From Octopus sinensis (lineage: Eukaryota), in assembly GCF_006345805.1 (NCBI RefSeq), contig NW_021824229.1, positions 1 through 20,710 of the forward strand: a DNA stretch of 20,710 nucleotides, in the 5' to 3' direction. The notes under the pieces were generated by a model. The model worked only from the letters and a program-made list of their open reading frames with translations. It made no database searches and was not told where the DNA came from. Below, piece after piece: positions 20,615-20,710 of the stretch (position 1 is its first letter; each line of letters starts with the position of its first letter). Position numbers and translations under genes: made by a program.

Positions 20615-20700
20615 TTTTAGGCGGAAAGCTGGTAGAATTGTCCTGATTGATTCTGAGTGTATGGTTCTTCCTCTCTTACAAAATGCGTAAGTTCAAAATC
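20615..20700 (+). mobile_element. Degenerate SINE family A-like head
   Basis: taggcggaaagctggtagaattg...gttcaaaatc resembles the family A 5' end. Confidence 0.4.
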
Positions 20701-20710
20701 AGTTGACGGT

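Overview
AT-rich, microsatellite-dense eukaryotic DNA with no intact multi-exon gene recognisable. The SINE families look like those of Octopus (cephalopod), which is an inference from recalled consensus sequences and was not searched. Almost all ORF-track entries are translations of simple repeats or SINEs. Supported features: about 13 tRNA-headed SINE copies or fragments from three families, several with target-site duplications (TSDs); a canonical non-autonomous Helitron (15244-15630); two long foldback/TIR elements (4075-4685, 16219-16987) plus a solo arm of the same family (8019-8117); a TSD-flanked palindromic element (547-844); a decayed Penelope-like reverse transcriptase fragment with YVDD (8251-8645, minus); and a minimal type I hammerhead ribozyme motif (19647-19692). 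The most interesting unexplained signal is a pair of tandem paralogous, apparently coding, exon-like units on the minus strand (5093-5645). They show a strong synonymous-substitution signature, and one is split by a SINE.
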